IMG/VR virus record: IMGVR_UViG_3300012979_000001
Coordinates: 99,375-163,374 of that record
DNA: 64,000 nucleotides
Source of the DNA: a virus
Taxonomy: Duplodnaviria > Heunggongvirae > Uroviricota > Caudoviricetes
Strand: one strand, 5' to 3'
The notes under the pieces were generated by a model that saw nothing but the letters and a program-made list of their open reading frames with translations, was not told the origin of the DNA and searched no databases. Position numbers and translations under genes: made by a program. This document shows positions 19,632-30,117 of the stretch, piece by piece (position 1 is the stretch's first letter; every line of letters starts with the position of its first letter).

Positions 19632-22600
19632 CTAGCAAGTCCATCCTGCTGCTCTTAATGCTTCAACATAGTCTTGATAATAACTATTTGTAAATTTTGT
19701 TTCATAGAATGGGCTATAATAATTATTTGTTAATAATGTTTTCTTTCCTGTTTGAGTACTGTTTAATGCCATCTTAACAACATTAATACAAGATTCATTA
19801 GACATATTTCTGCATCCCAAAGTCATTTCACATATATTTGCAACTTTTCCTGCAAAGAATGGAATATCAACTAAATTTGCACATCTTCTAAATGCACTGT
19901 TAAAGTTAATTGTCTTATTGGTATCTAGTCCCAAATCTCCAATTGATTTTAAATTAGTACAATTTTGGAACATATAACACATACTTGTAACATTACTTAA
20001 ATTTGTAATATTAACAGTTGTTAGTTGTCTACAATTACTAAACATTGCATATGCAGAAGTTAATTTTGGCATACTCAAATCAGGAACTGTTGTTAAATTA
20101 ATACAATCAGCAAACATATTAGAAGCATAAACTGCATTACTTACATCAAAATTTGGAATTGATGTAATATTTGACATATCTGACATAAAATAAGCAAAAT
20201 TTGTTACACTTGCTGTATTATAATGTGGAATGTTTGTAATCAATGGTAAATGGTACATAAAATTACTCATATTAGTTACCTTTGATGTATTTAAGTTTGG
20301 TAGTTTATATAAATTTGGAGCCCATTTAAACATATCTGTACAACTTGTCAAGTTTGGAGTGTCTCCAATTTCAACTTCTTTAATGTTATACATCCAAGAA
20401 GCTATTTGCGAAATACTTGTTACATTTGGTAAATCTCCTAATTTAACATATTCTAACTCATCACAACTACCACAGAAACTACTCATATTTATCGCATTTG
20501 AAAAATCCATTCCTTCAATAGTTTTTAATTTATCATATCCATAAAAGAAACCATTTGCATTTGTTATTAAACTTGTATTTAATAAAGATGTTCCATCTAA
20601 TTTTGTTGGAATATATTTTACAGTTTTTGCTATTGGATTTTTAGTTTCATCTGTTGCAACTACAGGTTCCATTGAATTATATATTTTCATTAGTTGAGCA
20701 TAAATCTCGTGGTCTCCACCAACAAATGTATTATCTGTTTGTGCAAGCATTGTTCCTGTTTGAACACCAGTATCAGTATAGAATGTTCCATTATATACAT
20801 ATTCTGGTTTTGCATCAAATTGTGTTGGAGCCAATTCTTGTACTCCATTATTCATCATATAGATACCAATAAAGTCTTGTGCTGATGATTCACTTGGTAC
20901 TTTCATAATATTTCCTAAGAAAGAACTCCAATCAGAATATTCTGCGTCAAAATGGAATTCTTCTCCAAAATCAACAATACCTGTAGTATTATCTATGCTA
21001 GCCAATGTTGAACCAGACATTGTTCCTCTTGTTATTGTCATTGTAGTTGAGTTGTATGAATAACTTACACTTAAACATCCGTGACACATTAAATCAAACA
21101 TAATGTCTCCATCCCAATCATCATAACTTCCACTAAAATAAAATTCTTTTGATTCATCAGCGTTTTTAAAGTATGTATGCATATATCCTAATGCTGTTGG
21201 TGCTGATGACAATACTATTGTTTTAGGGAAATATGCCTTTTTAAATTTAGATGAAGATTTAATGTTTTCATATGTAGTTGGTACATAATTGTATACTATA
21301 GACTTTTCTCCCTCTTTAACATCTGCACTTGCATTCATTTCTTCTACAGATGCAAATAAGTGAGCTCCACCAGCAAGTCCTTCACCACTTGTTGCTGTTC
21401 CTACAACACCAAGAATTGTATTTCCTGCCAACAATTTATCTCCTGTAAGGTTAATTGCTGCTGCCACATCAGAGTAATTTGCTCTTGGTTTAATTTTTGC
21501 ATTTGCTGAAACTACTCTTTGTTCTCCATTAGTTACTTCCATATCTAATACACTTTCTGTCGTATTATCTGTTACTGCTGTTACTGCCATTAAAGTATTA
21601 TCTGGCATTATTGCCATTGTTCCTGTTATCTCAGCATTATTAATATATGCAGTTTTACCTTTTACAATATCTCCTGCTGTCGCTGTAGCCTTTGAAGAAT
21701 CTGTACCTTTAAATGTACCAATTATTAGTTTATTATTTTTATCCATTGCTACATAACCTTTAACTAATTGGTCTGGAGAACTTAAAGTTGCATTATTTAA
21801 TTTTTCCCAAGATGACAATTGCAATATGCTTTCTCTTGTCCAAGTTAAAGTAATTGTGTCGTCTACTCCAAATAAAGTTTCTGTTATTGTTGTTGTAGAT
21901 GCAACATATTTTCTACCAACTAATTTTCCACATAAACTATATGTAGATATTCCTGAAGTTGTTCCTTCAACTGCTGTTAAAGTTAATGTCTCACTATTTA
22001 TTAATAAATTATTTTCATATGTTTCTAATATCATATTTGGAGAACTATTATTTGACCAAGATGTTAAACCTACACAACCATCTTTTCCTATTGCAATATA
22101 TCCTCCACCAGTTGTTCTTACAAAAGAATATTTAGTAGGTCTTATTGTTGCAACACCTTCTACCATATCATTTTCATATTCATCAATTATTACATAGAAA
22201 TTTGAATTATAAAATCTATCATAATTTTTCCATCTTTGTAAAAACTCTGCACTATATACTGGAGTGCTTGTTAATGTTTGTGTTGCTAAATTTTCAATAG
22301 TTGGAAAACTAACAACATTTGGTACAGTAATATCTGATGCTACACAAGAGTACGCTCCATCAAATATCTCTGTTTTATATTGAATGAAGTTTCCTGCATA
22401 ATCATACCATTCTTGCCAATCACTATCACAATAAATATGATAGTCTCCAAAATCTATAACTCCATCTTCTGTTTCACTCATTGGACTACAAGCTGTTCTT
22501 GTATATGTTAAGTTGTCAGATGTAGTATAAGTTACATTTACACTATGTTCATTCCCCAATTTATCTTCATAATTCCCTTGGAATTGTACGCCATTCCAAG

Positions 22601-23147
22601 TTGTTTGAAAAAATATTTGTGAATAATTTCCTTCGTCAAATTCAAATGTTAAATTATGCCCACTAAAAGTTCCAGATAAAACTACTGTTTTTGGAAAATA
22701 TAATTTAGTAGCACTCATATATTTATTTAATGGCAAATACCCAGATTTTGCAATTACCGCTTTATCTCCAATATTTCTTTTTTCTTCTAGCTCTAATTCT
22801 TCTACACTTTCATAAACTTTAGCGCTACCTTCTCCGCCATCTCCTTCAAAATTTCCTGTAACATTTAATATTGTTACTCCAGATTTAATATTTGAAGCAA
22901 TAATATTTGCATCGATAGTTCTGTCTACAGCTTCTACTGTTACTTTAGACATACCATTAAATCCAGCTTCTGGTGTAACAACTGTTTGGGTTGTTTTTGG
23001 AGTTACGCTTACAGCACCTTGTAATTTTAAAGTTTCAGCAGTTCCAGTTACGTCAAAAACTTGAACACCAGCAACAATATTTTCTGGTCTTACTTTGGTT
23101 TGTTTCTCTAAAAGAATCTCATCGGCTTTCTCTTTTAATGTTGCCAT
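19632..23147 (-). CDS. Large DATAT-repeat / LRR adhesin-like protein
   Basis: ENIVAGV N-terminus, two related YFPKTxVLS domains, LRR repeats, C-terminal AAGW. Confidence 0.7.
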   Translation of the reverse strand: MATLKEKADEILLEKQTKVRPENIVAGVQVFDVTGTAETLKLQGAVSVTPKTTQTVVTPEAGFNGMSKVTVEAVDRTIDANIIASNIKSGVTILNVTGNFEGDGGEGSAKVYESVEELELEEKRNIGDKAVIAKSGYLPLNKYMSATKLYFPKTVVLSGTFSGHNLTFEFDEGNYSQIFFQTTWNGVQFQGNYEDKLGNEHSVNVTYTTSDNLTYTRTACSPMSETEDGVIDFGDYHIYCDSDWQEWYDYAGNFIQYKTEIFDGAYSCVASDITVPNVVSFPTIENLATQTLTSTPVYSAEFLQRWKNYDRFYNSNFYVIIDEYENDMVEGVATIRPTKYSFVRTTGGGYIAIGKDGCVGLTSWSNNSSPNMILETYENNLLINSETLTLTAVEGTTSGISTYSLCGKLVGRKYVASTTTITETLFGVDDTITLTWTRESILQLSSWEKLNNATLSSPDQLVKGYVAMDKNNKLIIGTFKGTDSSKATATAGDIVKGKTAYINNAEITGTMAIMPDNTLMAVTAVTDNTTESVLDMEVTNGEQRVVSANAKIKPRANYSDVAAAINLTGDKLLAGNTILGVVGTATSGEGLAGGAHLFASVEEMNASADVKEGEKSIVYNYVPTTYENIKSSSKFKKAYFPKTIVLSSAPTALGYMHTYFKNADESKEFYFSGSYDDWDGDIMFDLMCHGCLSVSYSYNSTTMTITRGTMSGSTLASIDNTTGIVDFGEEFHFDAEYSDWSSFLGNIMKVPSESSAQDFIGIYMMNNGVQELAPTQFDAKPEYVYNGTFYTDTGVQTGTMLAQTDNTFVGGDHEIYAQLMKIYNSMEPVVATDETKNPIAKTVKYIPTKLDGTSLLNTSLITNANGFFYGYDKLKTIEGMDFSNAINMSSFCGSCDELEYVKLGDLPNVTSISQIASWMYNIKEVEIGDTPNLTSCTDMFKWAPNLYKLPNLNTSKVTNMSNFMYHLPLITNIPHYNTASVTNFAYFMSDMSNITSIPNFDVSNAVYASNMFADCINLTTVPDLSMPKLTSAYAMFSNCRQLTTVNITNLSNVTSMCYMFQNCTNLKSIGDLGLDTNKTINFNSAFRRCANLVDIPFFAGKVANICEMTLGCRNMSNESCINVVKMALNSTQTGKKTLLTNNYYSPFYETKFTNSYYQDYVEALRAAGWTC

Positions 23148-23148
23148 A

Positions 23149-26100
23149 CTATACTTCCTCCTCGTTTCCTAAAACTTTATCTAAAACTGTTACAATTTCT
23201 TCTTCTGTTCCACCCATACCTTCGTAATATGTTGCTTCATCTTCATCCATTAAAGATAATGAGTTATATGTTTCTACTGTTTCAGTTGGTTGACCTATTT
23301 GTTCCCAAACACCTGAACTACAAATGAATGTTCCATCATATGTTGTTCCATATACTATTGCAAAAGTGCCATCTGGTTTTGTTGTATCTGCATTCATTGC
23401 TTCAATTGAAGTGTATAGTTGTGGATAATGGTCTCCTGTTAAAGCAGTTCCTTCAACACCTAATACAGTATTTCCTTTAACTATTTTGTCTCCTGTAATT
23501 TTAAATAATTGTGCAAGTTGAGAATATCCAACTTGATAATTTAAAGTACTTCCTGTGTCATATATTGCTTTTTCTGTAAGTTGATGTGTCAATCCTAGTA
23601 CTTTCCCGTTAGTGTTATCAGATAATGTTATTTCTGAATTTGGCACAGTTAAATTTCCTGTAACTGCTGTTAATGTACCAGTAACAACACCACCATTAAT
23701 ATAAGCAGTCTTACCGCTTACAATATCTCCTGCAACAGCAGTAGCGTCTGAAGTATCATATCCCAATGCTTGAGTTCCCTCTATTCCAAGAATAGTATTT
23801 CCTCTAACTAACTTTTCAGCAGTTAATCCAATAGTACTTGCCAAACTAGAATAACCAATAGTACTATGCATAGTAACATCTTTTCTTACTATTCTATCTG
23901 TTTCATTTGTAATAGTTAAATCTAATCTACTATTTGTACTATTATCTACTATGTCTATATTTCCATATTCTAACGTGTCTGTAATATTTGGTAATGTACC
24001 AGTTATTCTTCCTGCACTAGAATATGCTAATTTTCCTTCAGCCACATCTCCTTCACTTATAGTAGCATCTGAAATGTCAACGCCTAATATAGCCGTACCA
24101 GTAATTTTTTGACCATTAACGTAAGCTGTTTTATCTTTAATAATATCAGCCGCAGTAGCATCTGCATCAGAAGTATCTAAAACTTCAAGACTTCCTGCAA
24201 CACCTAATACACTTTGTCCTTTTGCTATCATACTTGAAGTTAATCCTATATGTGTAGCAATATCAGATTGAGGTATTTTTGTATATATTTCTGTGTTATT
24301 ATTTATGTGCGCCCCATTAGTAATTGAATTTACTGTGTCTTTAATTACTATTTTATCATTCATTGCAGGGACACCATCACTAGCACTATGAGACCCATTC
24401 TTTATACTAGCATCAGAAGAATATGCATATATATATTCTATATCACTCAATTTTCCACTAGCATATGTTGAAGTATCTGTTTTTTCTTCTTTATACCAAG
24501 CACTAGAAGCTATTCCTTCTAATGTATTAACAAAACAATAATATATAGTAAATGGAATCAATTTATTACTATTGTCATAGGCAATTATACCCATATCCCA
24601 ACCTCTACTTGTTGGGCTTGAACTAAATTTAAATTTACTTCCTTTTGGAGCCACATCCAGCTCTATTCTATATTTAATAGATGTTGATTCATTTGTATTA
24701 TTAACTCTTATTACAAAGCTTTTGTCTTCTATCCAAGAAGGGTCTATAGCACTTGCAGGTAGTTTCAATATATCATTATAAATAACACCTCGTGTTGTTT
24801 GTTTTGTTAATATAAAATATGGATTTGTAGAATCAATTATTTCATATGTTCCTCTTAATTCCACTGGTTTTGTAGAATTATATGAAGGAACAATACCTGT
24901 AACTAATTGTTCATTAACATATGCAGTCTTTCCTTCAACCATATCTAATGAAGTAGCTGTTGCATTAGAAGTATCTAATCCACTATGTGTTCCCACAATA
25001 TCTAAAATTGTGTTTCCTTCAGCAATTTTGTCGGCAGTCAAACCTATTGCTTTTGCTATTATGTCGCTAGAAGCAAATACCGATATCATAGCTCCTTGTC
25101 TAGCCAAAAAATTTTGAGAAGCATTAGCTTGCACTTGTAATTTTCCTGAATTTAATGAAGCTCTTGCCTGATTTGAATTTATAGCTTGATTAACAAAACC
25201 TCCATTTGAACTAGTATATTCTGTTAATTCACCAGTAATCTTTTGACCATTTACATATGCTGTCTTTCCACCTGCTATGTCAGATACTGTAGCTGTCGCA
25301 TCTGACGTATCTAAGCCCTCATAGTTTCCTTCAATTCCCAAAATAGTTTCTCCACTTTTTATAATTTCAGAACGAATTTTCTTTTTAAAACGAACCCCAC
25401 ACACATTAAATGATTGTGCACTTGATGTTCCTTGGCTAAAAGAAAGTTGTGCTATTCCAGCATCTACATTTTCATTACAAATATAAGATTCCAATCTCCA
25501 ACTGTCTGATAAGCTACCTGTTCCTGAATATTTTGTAACATCCAGTCCAGTAAGAGCCCCTATACTAGCATAGATAAAACTAGTAAAAATCATATCTCCC
25601 TTATATAGTTTTTCATTTATTGTTGTTGAACCTTTTTGTGTATGTCCTTCACTAAAGAACATTTCTATATCTCCAGATTCTTCAAAAGACATCATAGTAA
25701 TAAACAATTGATTGTTCGCTATTTGAGAGACATTTATACTTGTTTTTTCAGATGTTGCTATTTTATGAAAAATAGATATTGTTTGATAATCTGTACTCGT
25801 CTCACTTTGTTTTACATCAATTTTTCCCAATAATGCCCATCCACTTGGAGTTTCTACTTCAGTATTTCTTGTCATTGCGGCAGCAATAACTCTACCACCT
25901 ATTTTTGAAGTGACAGAACCATTTAAAATATTTGTATTGGCACTTGTTCCTCTTGTACCATTAATAGAATAATTAGACAATACAGGATAATCATTTGTTA
26001 TTGTAAAATCTATTAAAGATGGCAACTCTATAGAATTAATATAACTATTCATTTCAACTGTTTGTGTCTCATTTTCTTTTGGAGTTGGTACTGTATATTG

Positions 26101-26322
26101 TTCAACTACAGGAATTATACCAGTAATTTTTTCATTATTAACATAGGCTGTTTTTCCTGTTAATACATCTCCTGCAACAGCTGTAGCGTCTGATGTATCT
26201 AACCCTTCTTCTAAAGTTCCCTCAACATCGAAGATAGTAACTCCAGCTTTAATGTTTTCAGGTATAATTTTTGCATTCTTCTCTTCTAAAACATTACTTA
26301 TTTTCTCTCTTAACTCTGTCAT
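23149..26322 (-). CDS. Large multi-DATAT-repeat tail/adhesin-like protein without LRRs
   Basis: About six DxSxATxxxxDxxxGKxAY repeats alternating with IGLTADKIxxGNTILG repeats. Confidence 0.7.
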   Translation of the reverse strand: MTELREKISNVLEEKNAKIIPENIKAGVTIFDVEGTLEEGLDTSDATAVAGDVLTGKTAYVNNEKITGIIPVVEQYTVPTPKENETQTVEMNSYINSIELPSLIDFTITNDYPVLSNYSINGTRGTSANTNILNGSVTSKIGGRVIAAAMTRNTEVETPSGWALLGKIDVKQSETSTDYQTISIFHKIATSEKTSINVSQIANNQLFITMMSFEESGDIEMFFSEGHTQKGSTTINEKLYKGDMIFTSFIYASIGALTGLDVTKYSGTGSLSDSWRLESYICNENVDAGIAQLSFSQGTSSAQSFNVCGVRFKKKIRSEIIKSGETILGIEGNYEGLDTSDATATVSDIAGGKTAYVNGQKITGELTEYTSSNGGFVNQAINSNQARASLNSGKLQVQANASQNFLARQGAMISVFASSDIIAKAIGLTADKIAEGNTILDIVGTHSGLDTSNATATSLDMVEGKTAYVNEQLVTGIVPSYNSTKPVELRGTYEIIDSTNPYFILTKQTTRGVIYNDILKLPASAIDPSWIEDKSFVIRVNNTNESTSIKYRIELDVAPKGSKFKFSSSPTSRGWDMGIIAYDNSNKLIPFTIYYCFVNTLEGIASSAWYKEEKTDTSTYASGKLSDIEYIYAYSSDASIKNGSHSASDGVPAMNDKIVIKDTVNSITNGAHINNNTEIYTKIPQSDIATHIGLTSSMIAKGQSVLGVAGSLEVLDTSDADATAADIIKDKTAYVNGQKITGTAILGVDISDATISEGDVAEGKLAYSSAGRITGTLPNITDTLEYGNIDIVDNSTNSRLDLTITNETDRIVRKDVTMHSTIGYSSLASTIGLTAEKLVRGNTILGIEGTQALGYDTSDATAVAGDIVSGKTAYINGGVVTGTLTAVTGNLTVPNSEITLSDNTNGKVLGLTHQLTEKAIYDTGSTLNYQVGYSQLAQLFKITGDKIVKGNTVLGVEGTALTGDHYPQLYTSIEAMNADTTKPDGTFAIVYGTTYDGTFICSSGVWEQIGQPTETVETYNSLSLMDEDEATYYEGMGGTEEEIVTVLDKVLGNEEEV

Positions 26323-26336
26323 TTTCTATCTCCTTT

Positions 26337-27482
26337 CTACTCAACTTTTGCTCCAGCAATAAAATTGCCAGTACCAGAATTCATATAGAATTCTCCACTT
26401 ACCATATCAAATAATCCAACCATATTATCTTCTTTACGATAACAAGGAACAAAATCTCTAATTAAATTTCCCCATTCCCATATTTTACAACTAAATAATT
26501 TATAAGCACCTGTGTCATAATATCTTGCATTACCGCCTTCTTGTTGTGCAAATAATAACATTGGATATTCTGATGTAATTGTTGACCTCATTGAACTACT
26601 TATTACTCTAATATTATCCATTATTTCTGTATCACTTGGGTAATTTGAGTCGGTTGGAGTAAAAGTAAATCCAACAGAATTTGTTGTAATTACACTATCC
26701 TTTGTTGTTGGAGTTGTTCCCCCACAACGCCATCCATTTGAGCCATACCATTGTCCAAAAATCCAAGTTTCTGTTAATGCTTTATATCCTTGTACAAACA
26801 TAAAATCTACAAAACAAGCGTGTACGTGTTGTTTTGGGTTTACTTTCGTATTTATCCATTGTGTTCCTGAAGATTGTATATATGTAACTTCTTGATAATC
26901 ACTTGGTAATCTAGCACTTCCCAAAGATGTTAAAGTACCTGTAATTTTTTCTCCATTTGAATATGCTGTTTTTCCAATTGCAATATCTTCTGGTTTTGCT
27001 GTAGTCTCTGTATAATTTTCTAGTGTAGTAAGACTGTCCATTAATGTTAGACAAGCTTCATACTCATTTAATTTAGTAATGTCCGTAGCCTCTACATATC
27101 CTCCATCACTATGTCCTCTAGGAATTGTTTGTCTTTCATCAGATGGGCTATATGTTAAATAACCATTTGACTCCATTGTTCCTTCTATTTTTTTATTATC
27201 TACATATGCAGTTTGTCCTTTTAATATTCCTGATGGTGTTGCATTCGCATCACTTGTATCTAATGGAACATAAGTCCCTTCTATTTTTTCTCCATCTTTT
27301 CCGTATGCACTTACTCCCTGCATTACATCAGAAGCAGTAGCTGTTATATCAGTAAAATCAGTCTCTACCAAAGCACCCTCTACATCAAAAATAGTTACAC
27401 CTGCCCTAATGTTTTCGGGAATAATCTTACTGTTTTTCTCTTCGACAATGTTGTTTAATTGCGTTCTTAATTCACTTGACAT
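26337..27482 (-). CDS. DATAT-repeat protein with C-terminal putative lectin-like domain
   Basis: N- and C-termini closely match the 17975-19615 protein. Confidence 0.65.
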   Translation of the reverse strand: MSSELRTQLNNIVEEKNSKIIPENIRAGVTIFDVEGALVETDFTDITATASDVMQGVSAYGKDGEKIEGTYVPLDTSDANATPSGILKGQTAYVDNKKIEGTMESNGYLTYSPSDERQTIPRGHSDGGYVEATDITKLNEYEACLTLMDSLTTLENYTETTAKPEDIAIGKTAYSNGEKITGTLTSLGSARLPSDYQEVTYIQSSGTQWINTKVNPKQHVHACFVDFMFVQGYKALTETWIFGQWYGSNGWRCGGTTPTTKDSVITTNSVGFTFTPTDSNYPSDTEIMDNIRVISSSMRSTITSEYPMLLFAQQEGGNARYYDTGAYKLFSCKIWEWGNLIRDFVPCYRKEDNMVGLFDMVSGEFYMNSGTGNFIAGAKVE

Positions 27483-27500
27483 TTTTTATCCCCTTTCTTT

Positions 27501-28286
27501 TTAAAATTTGGTATTTTCATCAAACATTTCATATTCTCCATCATAATTCAAAATAAACAATTCCTGATGGAAATATTCTTTATACTCTGAAGCAGAGCCT
27601 ATTTCAATTTGTATGTTAGTATATGTTGTATATGTATTATATACTGTTGGAGTACTATTTCCTGAAGCATACAAACAAATACATAAATATTGATTTGTTT
27701 CTGTAATTGTATCTGGTACTGTCATAGTCACAGATTTTCTTCCGTCTTCTTTAGTAATAAAACAAGTTCCCGACAACTCTTTTCTATTTCCTATATCTTT
27801 GTCACAAGTTCCCAACCAAAATTCTCCATCGCCAGAAGTATTCTCTTTTACTTCCAAAGAACAAGTAATTTGTTGCCCTTCAAGCCCTCTTAAATCTATT
27901 CCTTTAAATCTTGTTGCCGTCCAAGGGTTTTTCCAATAAGTTGTTATTGTAACATCTTTACCTGAACTAGAATATGATATCCCAGAACCTTCAACATAAA
28001 TTCCTTTTTTAAAAAAAACCATATTGGCTAGATTATTTCCTTTTTTTATCCAAATTTTTTTTCTATCTTCCCCTATTGGTTCATTTTCACTAACAACCAT
28101 ATAAGACTCTTCCAAAATTCCTTCAATTAATTCACCATTACTATAAGCAGTTTTCCCCTTTAATATGTCAGAGGCAGTTGCTGTAGTTCCCTCATATACT
28201 TCGGAAGTTTTTATCGAATTGGCTAGAACTAAACAGGCTTGATGGTCTTCGACTATATTGTTTATTTGTCTTCTAAGTTCCGTCAT
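27501..28286 (-). CDS. Short DATAT-repeat protein with putative carbohydrate-binding-like domain
   Basis: First ~55 aa nearly identical to 28301-28954; C-terminal TNIQIEIGSASEYKEY. Confidence 0.6.
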   Translation of the reverse strand: MTELRRQINNIVEDHQACLVLANSIKTSEVYEGTTATASDILKGKTAYSNGELIEGILEESYMVVSENEPIGEDRKKIWIKKGNNLANMVFFKKGIYVEGSGISYSSSGKDVTITTYWKNPWTATRFKGIDLRGLEGQQITCSLEVKENTSGDGEFWLGTCDKDIGNRKELSGTCFITKEDGRKSVTMTVPDTITETNQYLCICLYASGNSTPTVYNTYTTYTNIQIEIGSASEYKEYFHQELFILNYDGEYEMFDENTKF

Positions 28287-28300
28287 TTATTAAACCTCCT

Positions 28301-28954
28301 TTATTTATATTCATAACTCCAACCAGCATCTATGAATTTTTGATAATTTGACAAAGTTTGTAAACGTGCTTGAGGATAAGTATAACCAGCAACACGTCTA
28401 AATGCTTTTGACGCATTTGGAATTCTTGTTTCTGATAGCATCAGCAACAAAGTGTTTAACGTTTCGTCTGTTAATTTTCCTCCTCCATCCGTAAGCATAT
28501 TCCTTATTCCATCTTCTGTTGTAACATTTGATATATCAAAATAATTAAATTCTTCTAAAGCGGTACAACCCATAAACATTTGTTGAACACTCGTAATATA
28601 TGAAGTGTTTTCTGGCATTGTTACTTTTTTTAAAGATGAGTTCCAACTAAACGCATTTAAAAAGCTTGAAAAACTCGACAAATCTTCTTTTGATAAATCT
28701 ATTGTCTCTATTACTTTACTAATAGTAAACTGTGTGTTGTTTTGAGCATAGCTCTCAATATTCATACTGATTTTTTCTTGATACATTCCAACAATTCTTT
28801 CTCCATTAGCATAAGCTGTCTTACCTTCTAATATATCTTCTGCTGTCGCTGTTGTTCCTTCATAAACCTCAGAGGTCTTTATTGAATTTGCTAAAACCAA
28901 ACAAGCCTGATGGTCTTCAACAATGTTATTTATTTGTTTTCTTAATTCTGTCAT
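28301..28954 (-). CDS. Short DATAT-repeat / LRR protein
   Basis: LTDETLNTLLLM...TLSNYQKFIDAGW C-terminal cap shared with array paralogs. Confidence 0.65.
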   Translation of the reverse strand: MTELRKQINNIVEDHQACLVLANSIKTSEVYEGTTATAEDILEGKTAYANGERIVGMYQEKISMNIESYAQNNTQFTISKVIETIDLSKEDLSSFSSFLNAFSWNSSLKKVTMPENTSYITSVQQMFMGCTALEEFNYFDISNVTTEDGIRNMLTDGGGKLTDETLNTLLLMLSETRIPNASKAFRRVAGYTYPQARLQTLSNYQKFIDAGWSYEYK

Positions 28955-28968
28955 TTACAAAAACCTCC

Positions 28969-30102
28969 TTAATATCCAGTTGTCAATCCTGCTGCTGTGA
29001 AAGTTGCATAATTCGATAATGTAGTACATCTTGTTGCTTGTTCTTGTGTTAATCCTATATATTTTAATGTTCTGTTTGATGATGAGATTTTTACTGCATT
29101 AACGCACATCGCTAATATATTATTTAAACTTTCGTCTGATAGAGATTGACATCCAAAAAACATATCTTTCATTCCATCTCCATATATTAATGCAGTATTA
29201 AAAAATGGAACGTCAACTAAAGAACGACATCCATAAAACATACCATAACACCTATCGTCATAATCGTGATTACAAATCGGATAAGATGTGATGTTATAAC
29301 AATTTCTAAAAGTATAAGTTGTGTTATTAGGAGATATATTAGCCCAATTTGATATGTCTACTAAATTATAACAATTCTGAAAAGCATAACTAGCACTACA
29401 ATTAGGTGCTATATTCATTATTGGCATTACTTCAAGGCTACTACAATCATTAAATACATATCCTATACTATTACATTTTGGAGCATTTAGCCCCACAACA
29501 CTTTTAAGGTTTTTATATCCTCCAAAACTTGGATAAAAACTTGTACAGTTAGTTAAATCCACATTTGATAAATCTACAGATTCAACAATATCCATAAAAT
29601 TTAAAGTTGTAATATTATTTATAAAAGTTAAACAATCCTTGTCTATAAATGTTCCAACCAACTTTTCTCCATTACTATAGGCAGTTTTACCTTTTAATAT
29701 GTCTTCTGCTGTCGCTGTAGTATCTGAAAAATCTTCTAAATTTTCTATTGAATTTGCTAATGTTAAACAAGCCTGATATTCATTTAATCTTGTTATATCT
29801 GTAGCTTCTACTTTTCCACCAGTTGTATATCCTTCTGGTATTTCTTGTTCTTCATCTGAAGGGCTGTATGTCAATTCTGCATTGTTTGCCATAGTACCTT
29901 CTATTTTTGTATCGTTTACATAAGCTGTTTCACCTTGTAAAATATTAGATGCTACCGCAGTAGCATCTGTTGTATCTATACCTTCTTCTAAGGTACCTTC
30001 TACTCCATATAAAGTTATACCTTTTCTTATATTTGTAGGAATAACTTTAGCATTTTTTTCTTCAACAATATTATTTAAATATTCTCTTAATTCTGTAGCC
30101 AT
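28969..30102 (-). CDS. DATAT-repeat / LRR protein
   Basis: LRR repeats and cap LSDESLNNILAMC...IGLTQEQATRCTTLSNY. Confidence 0.7.
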   Translation of the reverse strand: MATELREYLNNIVEEKNAKVIPTNIRKGITLYGVEGTLEEGIDTTDATAVASNILQGETAYVNDTKIEGTMANNAELTYSPSDEEQEIPEGYTTGGKVEATDITRLNEYQACLTLANSIENLEDFSDTTATAEDILKGKTAYSNGEKLVGTFIDKDCLTFINNITTLNFMDIVESVDLSNVDLTNCTSFYPSFGGYKNLKSVVGLNAPKCNSIGYVFNDCSSLEVMPIMNIAPNCSASYAFQNCYNLVDISNWANISPNNTTYTFRNCYNITSYPICNHDYDDRCYGMFYGCRSLVDVPFFNTALIYGDGMKDMFFGCQSLSDESLNNILAMCVNAVKISSSNRTLKYIGLTQEQATRCTTLSNYATFTAAGLTTGY

Positions 30103-30117
30103 TTATTATTCCTCCTT

